Source: Phaeosaccion multiseriatum (Eukaryota; Protista; Ochrophyta, other classes). Taken from it: a DNA stretch of 64,000 nucleotides. How positions within the stretch are numbered: position 1 is the stretch's first letter; each line of letters opens with the position of its first letter. Of the stretch, positions 25,805 through 39,500 are shown piece after piece. The notes under the pieces are model-generated. The model did not search any database and was not told the DNA's origin. It saw only the letters and a program-made list of their open reading frames with translations. The position numbers and the translations under genes were made by a program. Location of the stretch: positions 4,588,001-4,652,000 of the forward strand of contig OZ218953.1 of assembly GCA_965112735.1 (NCBI GenBank), in the 5' to 3' direction.

Positions 25805-28800
25805 ATGGGGAAGCGGGAGCGGGATGGGGACAGCGGCAGCAGCCGAGGAGAGAGGAGGCGAGGAGAGGGAAGCAGCGGCGGTAGTAGTCGCCGTAGCCGT
25901 AGTCGAAGCCGGAGTAAAGAGAGGCGGAAGAAGAAGCATCGCAGCAGCAGGAGTAGAAGTCGGGAACGCGGAAGTGGGAGTAGCCGGCACCGTAAGTCAC
26001 ACAAAAGAGAAAGAGAGCGAGACAGAGACGGGGAGCGTGACGGAAGAGACAGAAAAAGCGATGCTGATGCCGCCGCCACTGCGGGGGGGGAGGGCGGAAA
26101 GGCAGGGATACTCAAGGCGCTTGCTGCGAGCATATCTGCTCGGGTGAGTGGGGAAGAGGTTGCCAAGATGGACGAAGTCTTGGAGGCCGAGGAGGAAGGA
26201 GGGAAAGGAGACGGGGCAGAGGACGTCGGCTTGGACGACGAGGAGAAAAAGAGGAGGAGGGAGCGGCTGAAGGCCTGGCAGGAGAGGCAGAAAGAGCAGC
26301 AGTCAGCAGCTCCACCCGTAGCCGCAGCTGCTGCAGCAACACCAAGTAGCAGTAACATTAGTAGTGGTAGCATTAGTAGTAGTAACAGTAGCAATAGCTC
26401 GTCACTGGCGGCGACGGGAGGGGCAGCAGCATCGGCGGCATTGGCTGCAAAGAAGGCAGCAGGTGCATTGGCAGGGAGTCAGCCTGCGGCCACCACTTCC
26501 ATGACACTCAAGGCTCCGCGTAAGTCAAGGTTCGGCTTTGCTGCATCTGCCGCTGTGACATCAAGCAGTGGGGGAGGTGGTTTCGCACAGACAAAAACGA
26601 ATGTGGGGGCTTCTTCCGGGCTGGGCGGAGGTGCTGCAGGTGGGCTTGGTGGCGTTACACGGAGATCTGCAGGGAGGTGGGGCGCGAAGCAGCCGCAGCA
26701 ATCGGCAGTGGCAGCTGCTTGGAACCTCGACGATGACGACGATGAGGATGACGCGCCAGGGCCTTTGGGGGCACGAGGGGGCGCGGCGGCGAAGGCTGCC
26801 GGAACAGCAGCGAGGTTAGCGAAACTCACATCTATAGGCACCAGCCACGGTTTACACGGTAGCGGGGGCGACGGGGGAGTGGAGGAGACTAAGGGAGGCG
26901 AACCGGCTCCTGGGGGAGGGCAGCAGGATGACAACGAGGCAGACCCTCTAGATGCTTTTATGAACGACCTGCAGGAGACTGGAGGGCTCGTCAAGCAGGA
27001 GAGCATGAGTGCGGCATTTGGGGCTGGGGACGGGGCGACCCCAGGAGGAGGGGGAGGGGGAGGAGGAGAAGGAGGAGGAGGTGGTGGAGGAGGAGCAGCC
27101 GGGGGGGGGGGCGATTCAGACATTGACAAGCTGGACTTGTACGGCTTTAGCAGCAATACAATCACGCTGGAAGAGATTATGGCCACCAAGGGCGGGCACC
27201 AAGGCATGTCGTGGGAGAGTGACGTGCCCGTGTCTGATACGGAGGAGACATCTGAGATGGACTTTGATGATGATGAGGGGGAAGAAGGGGGAGGAGGGGC
27301 AAGAACACCACCTCCTAGCAGCACCCCGGCCGCGGGAGGAGAGGATGTGGGGGTGAAGTTGGAAGGGGGTGACACCAGTAGTACTACGGGCAACGGGGCC
27401 AAGGAGGAGAAGAAGAAGGCGAAGAAGAAGGGAGAGGGGGAGCGGAAACCCAAGAGCAAGAAGCAGATTGAAGCCGATGAGGAGAGGGATCACATGCTGT
27501 TTATGGCCGGGTTCCGAGCGAAGGCTGAGAAGGAGGAAGAGGAGAGGAAGGCGAGGATAGAGCAGCTGCGCCTGGAGAGGGAGGCAGAGGAGGAGAGTTT
27601 GAAGAAGGAGGAGAAGCTCGGTAGACTCTGGGCAAGTGGCGGAGACGTGATGGAGGTGAGTGAGAGAGAGATAAGAGGCAGAGGATGCGAGGGGAGGGTG
27701 AATGAGAGAAGGGGGGAGGAGGAAGGGAGGGGGAGAGAGAAGAGATAGTAAAGAGACGATGGGGGGGGGGGAGGATGAGAGAGAAGAGAGAGTATAGAGA
27801 GAGGGGGAGGGTGAGAGAGGAGTAGAAGTAGAAGGGCGTGGCTGGCTAGTTGCTCGCAAGCTCAGTTCGCCCTTGCCACACGCACCCTCTGACCGCCTCT
27901 CCTTGTGTGCCCCTGTGCATGTTTCCCCTCTCCTCCATCTCCCCCTCCTCCCCTCTCTCCTCCCTTGCCCCTGCCTGCCGTGGGGATGGGTGATGTGTGG
28001 ACAGGAGGGAGAGCGCGGGGAGCAGGAGCAGAATGCTCTTCAAATGCTGGCGGACGCGACAAAGAAGAAGGAGCTCAAGCCTGTGGACCACAGTCTTATT
28101 GAGTACATTCCCTTCAGAAAGAACCTTTACATCGTGCCGAGGTGGGTGGGGGGTGAGAGACGCCTTGGGTTGGGTTGGGTTGGGTTCACTGTTGAGACGG
28201 AGTGAGCGTGGGAGAAGAGGGATGGAGTGCTTGCACGAGAAATGAGGAGGGGAGGGGGCGGAAAAACGAGAGAAGACTTGCGCACATTTCTGTCTACTTT
28301 TACCAAACCAAAACGCTATGTGTTTCTCCCCTCGTCTTCGCTGCCAACCCGCGTCAATTCAAATGTCAAATTCCAACAGGTCCCTGGCCACGATGCCTCC
28401 AGAGGAGCTGACGGCCAAGCGAGAGGCTATGGAGATCAAGATTCGCGGCAAGGGCTGCCCCCCTCCTGTGGAGCGCTGGGATCAGTGTGGCTTGAGCGAC
28501 GCTGTGCTTGCCTCCCTCAACAAGCACGGGCTCACGAGTCCCTTCCCCATCCAAAAGCAGGTACGTTAGTGCTACGATCGTCGTATGTCTGTAATAACAG
28601 GAAGGGCGTGTAGGATATAGGGGACAAGGACATGGGATGTGAGGTGTATGGCAACTAAGGTGTAGTCTCTTGCGTACCTGTGCCTTCTCACCTTCCGTCT
28701 TCTTTTCCCCTTTGGCCCCCAAGTTCCCAGTCTGTGCGTCTCAATCGAAGGCAACCAAAAGCACCAATGGTGGGGCGAGTGAAGGTGCTGAACGAACCTT

Positions 28801-30226
28801 CCTTGAGACAGGGCCCTAGTGTCAGTGTGTTGGCCTTGATTTTTGGGGGTGATTAGGGGTGAGGGGGGGAGGGGGAGGGGAGTTCGCATGTAACTATTCA
28901 AGCTGTATCTAACGGCGTCGTGTTTGTATGTATGTACGCACACACGAAACCAACACCCACCCACACACACACACACACAGGCTGTTCCCGCCATCATGAA
29001 CGGCCGAGATGTGATTGGAGTGGCCAAGACAGGCAGCGGCAAGACGCTCGCCTTTCTACTGCCAATGTTCCGGCACATCTTGGACCAGCCCAGCCTGGGG
29101 GAGGGGGAGGGGCCGGTAGGACTCATTATGGCCCCTGCTCGGGAGCTGGCGGTACAGATCTACAGCGAGGCGAAGAAGTTCTCCAAGACTCTTGGCCTCA
29201 GAGTCACGGCCGTGTACGGAGGGGCGGGAGTGGGAGAACAGGTCAGTCAGTCAGTCCCCTTGTCCGTTTTGGCGTTTGGCTTTGTTCCTTCCGCCCACCT
29301 CTAGCTACCCCAGGCTGTCGCACGTGCTTCTCTCGTTTCTCACCCTCCCGCCCTCACCCCCACCCCTCCTCCTTCCCTTCCCTCCCTCCCCTCCCAGATT
29401 GCGGAGATGAAGAGAGGGGCGGATATCGTGGTGTGCACTCCGGGAAGGATGATCGATATCCTCACCATGCAGGCGGGTAAGCTGGTGTCTCTGTCGCGCG
29501 TCAGCTTCATCGTCATGGACGAAGCCGATCGAATGTTCGACATGGGGTTCGAACCGCAGATCAGGATGATTATCAAAAACATCAGGCCCGACCGACAGAC
29601 GGTCTTGTTCAGCGCCACCTTTCCGCGGTCCGTGGAGCAGCTGGCGCGCAAGATTCTAAAGGCGCCTCTGGAGATCATTGTGGGGGGTAGGAGTGTTGCA
29701 AGCTCTGACATTGCTCAATATGTGGAGATTCGTGACGAAGACGACAAGTATATGCGTCTGTTGCAGCTGCTTGGGGTGTGGTACGAGAGGGGCAATGTGT
29801 TGGTCTTTGTGGACACGCAGCAAAAGTGCGATACCCTCTTTGAGGATCTCACCAAGGCCGGCTACCCTGCTCTCTCTCTGCACGGGGGCAAGGACCAGAG
29901 CGACCGTGACTACACAATTAGTGACTTCAAGGGCAAATTGAGGACGTTAATGGTGGCTACGAGTGTAGCGGGGAGGGGCCTCGACGTGCCCGACTTGGTA
30001 TGCGTAATCAACTACAGCTGCCCCAACCATTTGGAGGACTACGTGCACAGGTAAAGCAAAGCGACAAGACTGAAGCAAGGCCATTGGGGTGTCTAGGGAA
30101 GGGGGCGCAGAAGGCAAGCGCAGCACCTTGATATGCGTTTGTCCTCTCTTGTGCTTGAAGTGCCTTGGGGCTTGCTGTGCGTGTCAACCAGCCGAGCTCC
30201 CGCTGTGAATCTCTCTCTGGGTGTCA

Positions 30227-30262
<36 letters not shown>

Positions 30263-31929
30263 GATCAGTCTACGTCTCTTTCCCTCAACTCTCTCTTGCC
30301 TCTTTTTTGTTAGGGTGGGCCGTACGGGCCGAGCGGGAAGGAAGGGGACGGCCTACACCTTCATCTCCCCGGAGGAGGAGCAACACGCACCCACCATCGT
30401 TAAGGCCCTGGAGACGGCAAGCCAACCCGTGCCGCCAGAGCTGCTCAAGATGGCCAATGCCTTCACCGCAAAGGTAAGTCGCTGTTCGTCTGTCTGTCTG
30501 TCTGTGTATCGATCGATCTGTCTATGTCTTTTCCCCTTATCTCTCTCTCTTAAAGACACACGCCTTCTTGTGTGCTGCATGTGTTTTCCCGAGCCATGAT
30601 GTGGTACTCTGATGAAGCGTTTATCGACGCCTTTTTGTTCGTTCCTTCGTTCGTTTGTTCCTTTCTTCCTTAGGTTGGCAAAGGCGAGGCGCGCTGGGCG
30701 AGTAGCGGCTTTAGTGGGAAGGGCTTCACGTTCGACGAGAATGAAAAGACGGAGGAGCAAAAGATTAGAGACTTGGAGAGGAAACAGCAGATGATCGAAA
30801 TGGGCCTTACAGATGACAACGACGCGGACAAGGAGAAGGCGGAGGCCGAGAAGGAGAAGGGCGGAGGAGGAGGTGGGGGCGGAGCAGAGGGTGGGGGAGG
30901 AGCAGGAGGTGGTGGTGGTGGCGGCAAGGCGCCACCACCGAACTCTATTGAGGCCAAGGGGGCAGCTGTACTGCGAGCAGCGGCGGAGAGAGCTGCGGCA
31001 GTGGCTGTGGGAGCTGGTGTCGGTGGCACGGGTGGTGCAGATGGAGGAGTAGCAGGAGGGGCAGCAGCAGCAGCAGCAGCAGCTCAAGGGGGGGCAGGAG
31101 GAATGACAGACCCTGCCACCGCGGCAGCGGCGTTGGAGGCACGAGCTGCCCAGGCCACCAACCCTCAACAGGCCGCGCAACTCAAGGCACAAGCGGCGTT
31201 GGCAAGGATGGGGCTGCTGCCGGGCATGCGAGGAGTGGGGGCAGCGGCGCCTGGGGTAGGAGCGCCAGGAGGAGGGGGAGGAGTGGGAGGGGGGCAGACG
31301 GCGCAGCAGCAGGCCCAAGCCAAGGCTTTGGAGCAGATGATGCTCGGCCTACCGGGGGCAGCAGGGGCCGGGGGGGGCAATGCTCCGGGAGCGGGGCACT
31401 TCTCCGACGAGCTCGTGATCAACGACTATCCACAGAATGCAAGGTATGTCGCTGTTAAGTGGGAGAGGGATGGTTGTTTTGGGCCTAGTGCTGTCACACA
31501 CACAGGGGAGGGAGCACGGCAGGTTTGGCTGCGACCCAGGATAGGGGCTGCCGGTGGTCTGGACTGAGCTGAGCCAGCCATGGAACTCCGACCACTCACC
31601 CTCTCCGTTCTCTCTGTCTCTCTCTCTTTCTTCTCTCCAACATCAAACACCACACAAACCACAGGCACAAGGTGACACAAAAGAGCACCATCAACCAAGT
31701 AGTGGAGCTGACGCAAGTAGCCATCATCACACGAGGTGTGTACGTAAGGCCAGGGTCGAAACCGCCGGCCGGCGAGCGCAAACTCGTACTCATCATTGAG
31801 CACCCCATCGAGCTCAACGTCAAAAGGGCCAAGACAGAGCTGCAGCGTATTCTCAACGAGGAGACGCTTCGGGCAGCGAACTCAGCGCAGCATGGAGGGT
31901 CGGGGTACGGAAAGTACTCAGTTGTGTAA
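25805..31929 (+). CDS. DDX46: DEAD-box RNA helicase DDX46 / Prp5
   Basis: RS-rich N-terminus, DPLDAFM, PFRKNLY, Q motif [53 protein letters not shown]|VGRTGRAG, C-terminal INDYPQNAR...RGVY...GERKL KH-like domain. Multi-exon. Confidence 0.95.
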
Positions 31930-32894
31930 AGAGAAAACAAAGAGAGAGAGGGGGGGGGGGGGGGGGGAGGGGTGGGGTGGTGAGAGGTTTAATTCAATAT
32001 AGAGAGAGAGGGCGGGCGATGGAGGGAGTGGGGGGGGGGGCAGGATGCGTCCCGAGGGGGGGACAGTGGAAGAGGCGGTGGTGACATCCAAACTCTAATA
32101 TAATTTCCTTTTCTCTTTCTCCCTCCCCTCACATTCTCCAAGCACTTGGAATTATTTTCTGCTCCCAAGGCAAGAGAAAGCAAGCGCAGGGATGGTCCAG
32201 CGGCAGAGGCAGGGTAGGCCTGTGTGTGTGTGTGTGTGTGTGTGGGCGAAGGGACGGAGAAGGGCATCAGGCTGCGCGTCTTCTTCGTCCTCCAGCGGCG
32301 GCCACGGCCGCGAGCTGTGCGGCACGGAGTGCTGCCCCGAGCAGGGCGAGGACTTCAAACGGTGAGGACTTTCCGGGTGCCCTCCTTGCCCCGCCTGTAA
32401 GCTCGGCACCCCTCTCTCCTGCGGCTCCTCGTTGCTCCTCTTCGGGCGGCTGCAGCAGGCAGCAGGAGTAGCAGTTGGTGATAGAGCAGCTCCCACTCTT
32501 TCCCTCCCCGTAGGGCTCGTCATCGTCGTGGGGCGGCACTTCTAGCGGCTCGTCCAGCAGCGGCAGGACCAGCACCTTCTACCGCATACTAAGGAGCCCG
32601 AATACCGTGGCAACGAAGGACCACCAGTCCATTTGCGGTCGCACGATGGCGCATCAACTCGGCGCAGTTGTTCATCTGCGCCTTCACTTCCCTGCCCCGA
32701 TTAAGCGGGTACCGCAATGACTGGGGCTCGTCCACGTCCTCTCATCCTCTTCTCTCTCTTCTGGTACCAGAGCCCCCCCCAGATGATCCCTCCTCCATGG
32801 GCAGAGCTCCTCGTCCTCCTCGTCCTCCTCGTCCTCCTCAGAGGACCCTCCTCCTCAGAGGAGGTACCAAATAATGATGGCATGGCCCTGTCTA

Positions 32895-33207
32895 TCATGG
32901 TCTTGGGCGTACATCTCGCTCAATGCTGGCCATGACCTGCCCCTTGAGGCGGTCCTTGCTCTGTCGCAAGTGCTCGAGCTCTTCTCTTCGGGAGGACCAG
33001 GCGTTTGTCGTCCCGGCCCCCAACCCCCTTGCTGTTGTCCTTCCACCGCCGTTGTATCCCCCCCTCCCGTCGTCGTGGTCATCGGCCAGTCCAACAAAAT
33101 CAACTTCGTACTGTTCGCCGCTGTGCAGTTGCTGTGCGAGAGTTGCAGAAAGAGAATCAGAACTTTGGTGCCGTAAAGTGCCTTCCTTCTGCCGCTCCTG
33201 CTGCCGC

Positions 33208-33239
<32 letters not shown>

Positions 33240-35065
33240 GGACGAATGTGTGCGTGGAGAGGAAACGCTCAGAAAAGTGGCAGCGAAGGCCGAAGGGCCA
33301 GGGCCAGCTGTCCCTTCTCTCCCTCCTCCTCGAAGGGCCGCGCCTTGTACGAGTGGGTGCAGAGGAGACGAGGGCCCAGCGTGCTCTTGCTGCTGCTGGT
33401 GCTGGCGGTGGTCCGGCGTTAAGGTACCCTGAGTAAGAGGCTGTGTAGAGAAGACTTGATGAGAAGGCGAGAAGGCAGATTCAGGTTGCTCCTGTTGCTG
33501 CCTTTGCTGCGTTTGCCACCGTCGGTCTGCTGCCTGTGCCCCTGCTGCTGCTGCTCCTCCTCCTGCTGCTGCTGCTACTGCTGTTGACTCCTCATCCCCT
33601 TCCCCTGGCACTTCCCCCGCGGCTCCTCCTCCTCCATAGGCCGCTCCGTGAGCCACTGGGGGCGTCGTGGCGCCTCCCGTTGCACCCGCAACTAGCCCCT
33701 GCCAACGCCCCTCCACCGTAGTGAGGCGCCGATCGAATTTGTCAAATCCTCTCTGCACAATCGCCTGGAGCTCTTCTACTCGAGGCTCCAGAGGCTCCAA
33801 TGCCTGCATTCGGGGCTCCAGGCATTCCAAGTCGTCGAGAGATAAGACTCGCTCTGCCACCACTTCCATCTGAGCACTCAAGACATCAGCCCGCTCACTG
33901 AAGCCACTTTCAACCCTCCTGACGCTCTCCACTTGCTTGTCACAGGCCTTTTCCACTCCACCCACTGCCTCCTCCAGGGTGTGCAGTTTGCGCTTCAGTG
34001 GAGAGACAGCTGTGCTGATCATCTGCTCCACTGTGGTGGGGGTGCTGGCTCGAGGGAGGCAAGCCTCGACCCGGCCCGCCACGGCTTGGAGCGCGGAGGA
34101 AAGCGCTTGGTGGGTCTTGATGCTCTGCTCTGCCTGCTCCTTGAGACTCTCCAGATCTTGCTCCAGCCTGGGGTCTCCTTTATTGGCTTTGCGGTGCAGG
34201 GCTGAGGCCACGCTGGCCTTGTTTGCTTTGAGGTCCAAGGCAGCGTGCACAGACCTGTCCAGCTCTGCCACGCTGCCACTGCTCGCCTTCCCTTCCAAGG
34301 CAACCCTGAAGTGCTCGAGGTCCAGCTTGCATTGCCCCTGAACCGCCTCGATTCGGGCGTGAGTCTCCTCCAAGTTGAGCTTGAGGAGCCGGGATTCACA
34401 GCCGTCTAATCGCCGGTACACGCTGGCCAGAGTCTTGTCCACGCCCTGCTCGAGGGCTCTCGTCCTGTCGGCCAGGTGCTGAACAGTCCTTTGCTGGGAG
34501 GCGGAGACAGAGCTTCCCAAGCGAGACACAGTGCTCCGTACCTCACGCAACTCAGCGGCGCTGCTCCTGTCTCCTGCTACAACGACGAGGTCATCTTTGG
34601 AGGCCTTCTTGGCCAGCCTCTCCCGAACGTCCTTCACCTCGGCGCGTAACGTTGCCTCTACGCCGGCCACTTCAGTCCGTAAGGAGGAGAGGGCTGAGCT
34701 GGCTTCCCCGGTGGCCCATTGTTCTTGCTGCCGCTGCCGCTGCTCCTGCTCCTGCTGCTGCTGGTGCTGTTCGTGCTGATCCTGCTGTCGACGGAGAGAA
34801 GTGACAGTGTGCTGGAGAGAGGCGATTGATTCTTGCTGCTCCGCGAGCCCGTCCAGAAGACCCTTGATGGCACTTCTCACCACCAGCTGCATATTCGCCC
34901 AGCTTCCGGTACCGTGCAGAAGCTCTGCCACCTGAGAGCGAGGGTGGGTTGCTGGAAGCTGAGCACGAGAATGAGGCAATTGCAGAGGAAGCTCCTCTCC
35001 CACCCCTCTCTTACCTGGATGCTTTCGAGTGGAGAACCTCGTATCGTGACGCCAGGAGATCCCAT
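32895..35065 (-). CDS. Uncharacterised coiled-coil protein (exons 35015-35065 and 32895-34931)
   Basis: MGSPGVTIRGSPLESIQ|VAELLHGTGSWANMQLVVRSAIKGLL joined in frame by a GTAAGA...CAG intron; long heptad-rich ORF with repeated L..KA motifs (LAKKASK, LEGKASS, LDLKANK, LHRKANK). Confidence 0.7.
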
Positions 35066-35396
35066 CCTTGGAGAACTCTATCGGTGAAACTCTCCCTCTC
35101 TCCCTTTCCCTTTCCTCTCTGCTCTTCAAATTTCCCAGACTTTCAGGACCATAGGCGAACAGCAGTCTCTTGCATTTACTGATACATGTCCCTTCCGCTG
35201 TTGCCTTGCCTCGCTGCGGTTGGGCTTCTTTCTCCCCTCTCTTTCTCAAAAGTATTCCTTGACTTCGAGCAGCTTTTTTTTTCTTTTCTCTACACGCTTA
35301 AGGGTTAGGGTGTAGCTATATATATATTTTCCTTTTACACGCGACTACGGCCCCTCCCAAAGCAGATCAAGGGGGATTATTCGCAGGCGTGGGAGC
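35066..35396. promoter_or_regulatory. Putative bidirectional promoter between the coiled-coil gene and the uricase fusion gene
   Basis: ~330 bp head-to-head spacer with a TATATATATAT tract at ~35317 and T-rich stretches. Confidence 0.4.
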
Positions 35397-36530
35397 ATGT
35401 CTCTCTCCTGCCATCACCACGGCAAAGGTAGACTATTCCCCCGCGGATTTCGGTCCTGAGCGAAAGAAGAAAGCTTCCTCTCATCGCCCTGTTCCCTCCC
35501 TTTCTCTGCAGGCCGTGTGCGTGTGATGAAGGTACGCAGGACCCCGGAGCGCCACGAGGTGATGGAGCTTACCGTGGAGGTCATCCTCGTCGGGCCAGTG
35601 GACGAAGCCTTCAATGAAGGCGACAACACAAAGAGTGAGTAAGCCAGGGCGCCTCGCTCTCTGCCTTTATTTTCTGACGCCTCTTCCCCCCCTTACACCT
35701 CTCTGTACTTCTGGCAGCTATCCCCCTTCTCTCCTTTGACATCTTTTCTTCCTTCTTCCCCTCTCTTTGCACCCACAGTCGTTGCTACGGACACACAGAA
35801 GAACACCGTCTACGTCCTGGCGCAGCGCCACGACTTTACCTCTGCAGAGGAGTTTGCCCTGCTACTGGCTGAGCACTTTGTGACGACATACCTAGCAGCT
35901 GTACACAAGTGCAAGATCACCATCGACGAGGACATTTGGGAGCGGCATGTTGCCTGTCCTCCAGGCAGCATGGACAAGACCGCCCACCACCATGGCTTCA
36001 TGAAGAACAGCCCCATGCGGGGCTGGGTGTGCGCCACCGCGGAGACGAAGAAAGACGGGGCAGTGGACAAGACCCTCTCCGCGGGTGTTAGAAGCCTGAC
36101 GCTCCTCAAGACCACGCAGTCCTCCTTCAAGGGCTTCATCCGCGACGAGTACACCCTGCTCCCGGAGGTGGATGATCGCTTGCTGTCTTCGTCCATCGAC
36201 GCAGATTGGTCATACGACTTGGCGACAGCGCCTCCCTACGGCGAGGCTCGTGTAGCCGCGGTGGATGCCCTTGTGCACGGCTTCCTCGGGCCCGCCGATA
36301 CGGGAGTACCCAGTGCCAGTGTTCAGGCCACACTGCTGGACATGGGCAAGGCTGCCCTCGCCGCTGTACCGAGCATGACGAGCATATCCATACAGGCACC
36401 CAACATTCACAACCTTCCGTGGCAAGGCGATGCACTTGGGGTCAAGAACGAGGACGCCAGCGGAAAACCCGACGTGTTCATACCCACGAGCGAGCCCCAC
36501 GGCTTAATCTCCGCGACCGTCGAGAGACGA
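35397..36530 (+). other. UOX: Uricase (urate oxidase) domain of the fusion
   Basis: HGK, VATDTQKNTVY, signature LLKTTQSSFKGFIRDEYTLLPEVDDRLLS, SASVQATL, PNIH, PHGLISATVER. Confidence 0.95.
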
Positions 36531-39500
36531 AGAGGAGGAGGAGGAGGCGATGATGTTAATACAGTCTTGAACGCTTCTCGTCATTGTTCCTCCTACTACT
36601 CGTTTGAGGAATGCGTTCCTCCTGCGATGGGTAGTCGACTCCTCTCGCAAGCCGCAAGCGGCTCTACGATGAGGGGTGGTAACTCTTCTGGGATCCTCTT
36701 CGCTCTGGGCGTGCCCACACTGCGGGCACCGGAGCACGCTGCCTTGACCTTCCTGGCGAGTCTTGTGCACGGGGAAGTGAGTGGTCGCCTCTCCAAGCTT
36801 CTGCAGAGGCGCGCTGAGGACCGGAGGTTCATAGACCGCCGCTCTCGCTCCCTCGCAACCTGTGCGAACCTTGCTCCGACCACAACGTCGCTTCTTGGCC
36901 ACCAGGACCAGCACGGGAGGGTGGTGGTGGGCCCCCTCAGGACAGACTACGCTAGCGTGGCGGAGGAGGGCGAGCAGCCCGTCGCTCCCCTTCCTGCGCA
37001 CCTCGACCTGTCCACCTCCCATGTGACTGTGTTTGGCCCGGCGGACTCGGCGGAGGCCTGCAGGGAGTATCTACACGCATTTCAGGATAGCAGAACCAGC
37101 AGCAGTGGTAGCGGCAGCGGCAGCAGCGGCAGCAGCGGCGCGAATAAGGCAGGGAAGTGGGGGGCCGACCTGGAAGATTCACAGACTCCGTTTCCAGAGC
37201 TCGTGCAGGCTGCTGCCGAAAACTTGACCGAGAGCTACCGCCTGATTCGGGATGAGAACACTGGAGCGGCAGGGGCAGGGCACGGGGCTGGACTGTCCTT
37301 CCCTGTTGTGCGGCTGCCTGGCTTGGGGTTGCCTTCTACGCATGCCTTCATCGCCGCCTCAGGTACGCCCGTGCCCCTCCACCTCTTCATCTTCGCACTA
37401 CACGTGTTTCACAACTGGCAAGACCCCGCGGCGCGATGCTTCTACCTACCCAAGTTGGAGAACGAAGAGGAGGCGGCATACTTTGCCTTCCTCATTAAGC
37501 TCGCTGAGGAAAGGCTTAAGGAGCTCCATCCGTCATATGAAATGGGCTCGGTGCGCGTCTTTTGCGTGATTGAAAGCGGTCGTGCCATCTTCCGAGTGCG
37601 TGAGATTGCAGAGGCGCTGTACCCTTACTTCTGTGGCGCCAGTCTCGGATGGTAAGTCACTGTCAGCCCACTGCCAACCCATTTTCAACTCAAACACCCA
37701 CCGTCAACCCAACCCTTTTACCAACCCAGGCACGACTACTTGGCATCCACCTCTCGCCTCTTCAAGGAGGCCGAACACTGGATCATGCCTTCCAAAACAG
37801 ACCCAGACATAGTGGTCAAGCATATCCGCGCACAGCACGTGCTGCTAGGAGACGTGGTGGGGCGGGGCATGGGTGCTGTGAGCGTTGGTGGTATGTATGG
37901 CGTCGTCCCTGTGAGCGACGACCCCACTTCCGCTTCGTATCAAGTGAGTCTGCGCGGACTGTTCAAGGACGTGATTGCTCAGCTCAGACGCGGTTTGGTG
38001 GGGTTCTGGGTGGCGTATGCGCCCTTCGCCCGCATTGGAACTGAGATGGTTCGCGTGTGGCTGCTGGCAGAAGGAGGAGGTGGAGGTGGAGGCGGGGGAG
38101 GAGGAGGAGGAGGAGGAGGAGGAGGAGGCATCATGGAGGTGGTAAAGAGGCATCTCACCGTACCAGAGTATGTGGAGCAAGTAGCAGCCTTCCTTGCACA
38201 AGGAGACGAACAGAGGGAGGCAGCAGCAGCAGCAGCAGCAGCAGACTTGGTGCTTGACGAGAGCCCGAGGCGGCCGCCCAGTGGAGAGGCGCTCGAGTCG
38301 CTGCTTCGAGTCAACATCTCGCACTGCCTGGTCTACCTCAACGAATGGCTACAGGGCAGCGGGAACATCTCGCTGGAGTCCGAGATTGAAGGTGAGAGGA
38401 GGGAGAGGAAGGGTTTTGCTTTTGTTTGGGGAGGGGGGGGGGCGAATGAGTTGTCGAGTTGCGTTGTGGGGCCAAGTACTTTTGGCTTCGTAGTAACGGC
38501 ACCGCTCATGCCCTCCGCCAATGGACCACCGAAGAAGGAATCGCAGCTTAATGCCCTTCATCCTGACCCCGTCAGTATCTTGTTTGCTTGCATACGTTGC
38601 TTACTTGCTTGCTTGGCTGGCTTTGCTTGCTCTGCTTGCTACTTGCTTTGCTTTGCTTTGTGTGCTTGCTTTGCTTGCGTTGCTTGCCCTGCTTATTGCT
38701 GACTTGCTTTGCCCTGCTTTGTCCTGCTTTGCCCTGCTTAACATGGTCTGTTTCCTTGCCTTTGCTTGCTTGTCTCTTGCCACCACTCCAACTCAGGCAT
38801 TCCGGTGCGGGTGGTGGACGATCTCGCGACTGTGGAGCGGTCCCGCTGGAGTCTGTGGAGGGAGCTCAAGGCGGGCAGGCTGGGTATGAGCCGCTTCTTG
38901 ACAGCCACTTTCGAAGAGGCACTCAGTATCTCCAAGGCAAACACCAACAGCAACACCAACATCAACACAAACACCAACAAGCAGCAACAGCAGGGGAGCT
39001 CCTCCCCCCAGTTGGGCTCCCCAAAGTCAACGAAGTGGCAGTCCGTGGCCTTGGCCGTCTTTCTGAAGCTCATGACGGAGCTCGAGTCCCCCGCGGAGTT
39101 CGTGCCCGAGCTGCTCATGCCCTTCACGTCGGCCCTCATTCGGCAGGCTTCGGACCCGCTTGCTGCTATGCAGAGCTGCGGAGGAGACGAGATGCTGGTA
39201 CTCCGTCCACCCCTGAGGCAGTGGTGCTACTACTTTAAGATGTGTGGGTGTACGCGCTTTGCAGATGAGGTGTCACAGAGGGACGTGTTGCTAGATGTAC
39301 AACACGTCAAGCAGGTGATCGGGACCTTCAGCAAGGAGGAGGTTGTGCAGGCAGCCAACTTCAATGGAGATATCGGCGGCAGCCCCGAAGGGATGGACAG
39401 CTTGGCCAGAGAAGAGCAGGCTAAGGTGCTGAACGGAGAGGAGGGGGTGCGGCAGGCTCTGCGCGAGCTCGGGCAACAGTACCTTGCCAAATTCGACGGG

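Noticed and set aside
32152-32898. Possible small gene or stop-readthrough ORF on the minus strand (MDWWSFVATVFGLLSMR*KVLVLPLL...)
   Set aside because: Interrupted by stops, with no recognisable domain and no convincing splice model; may be UTR or a decayed gene.
35298-35311. TAAGGGTTAGGG as a telomeric remnant or telo-box (also GGGTTAGGG at ~9739)
   Set aside because: Only one or two units, which is expected by chance.
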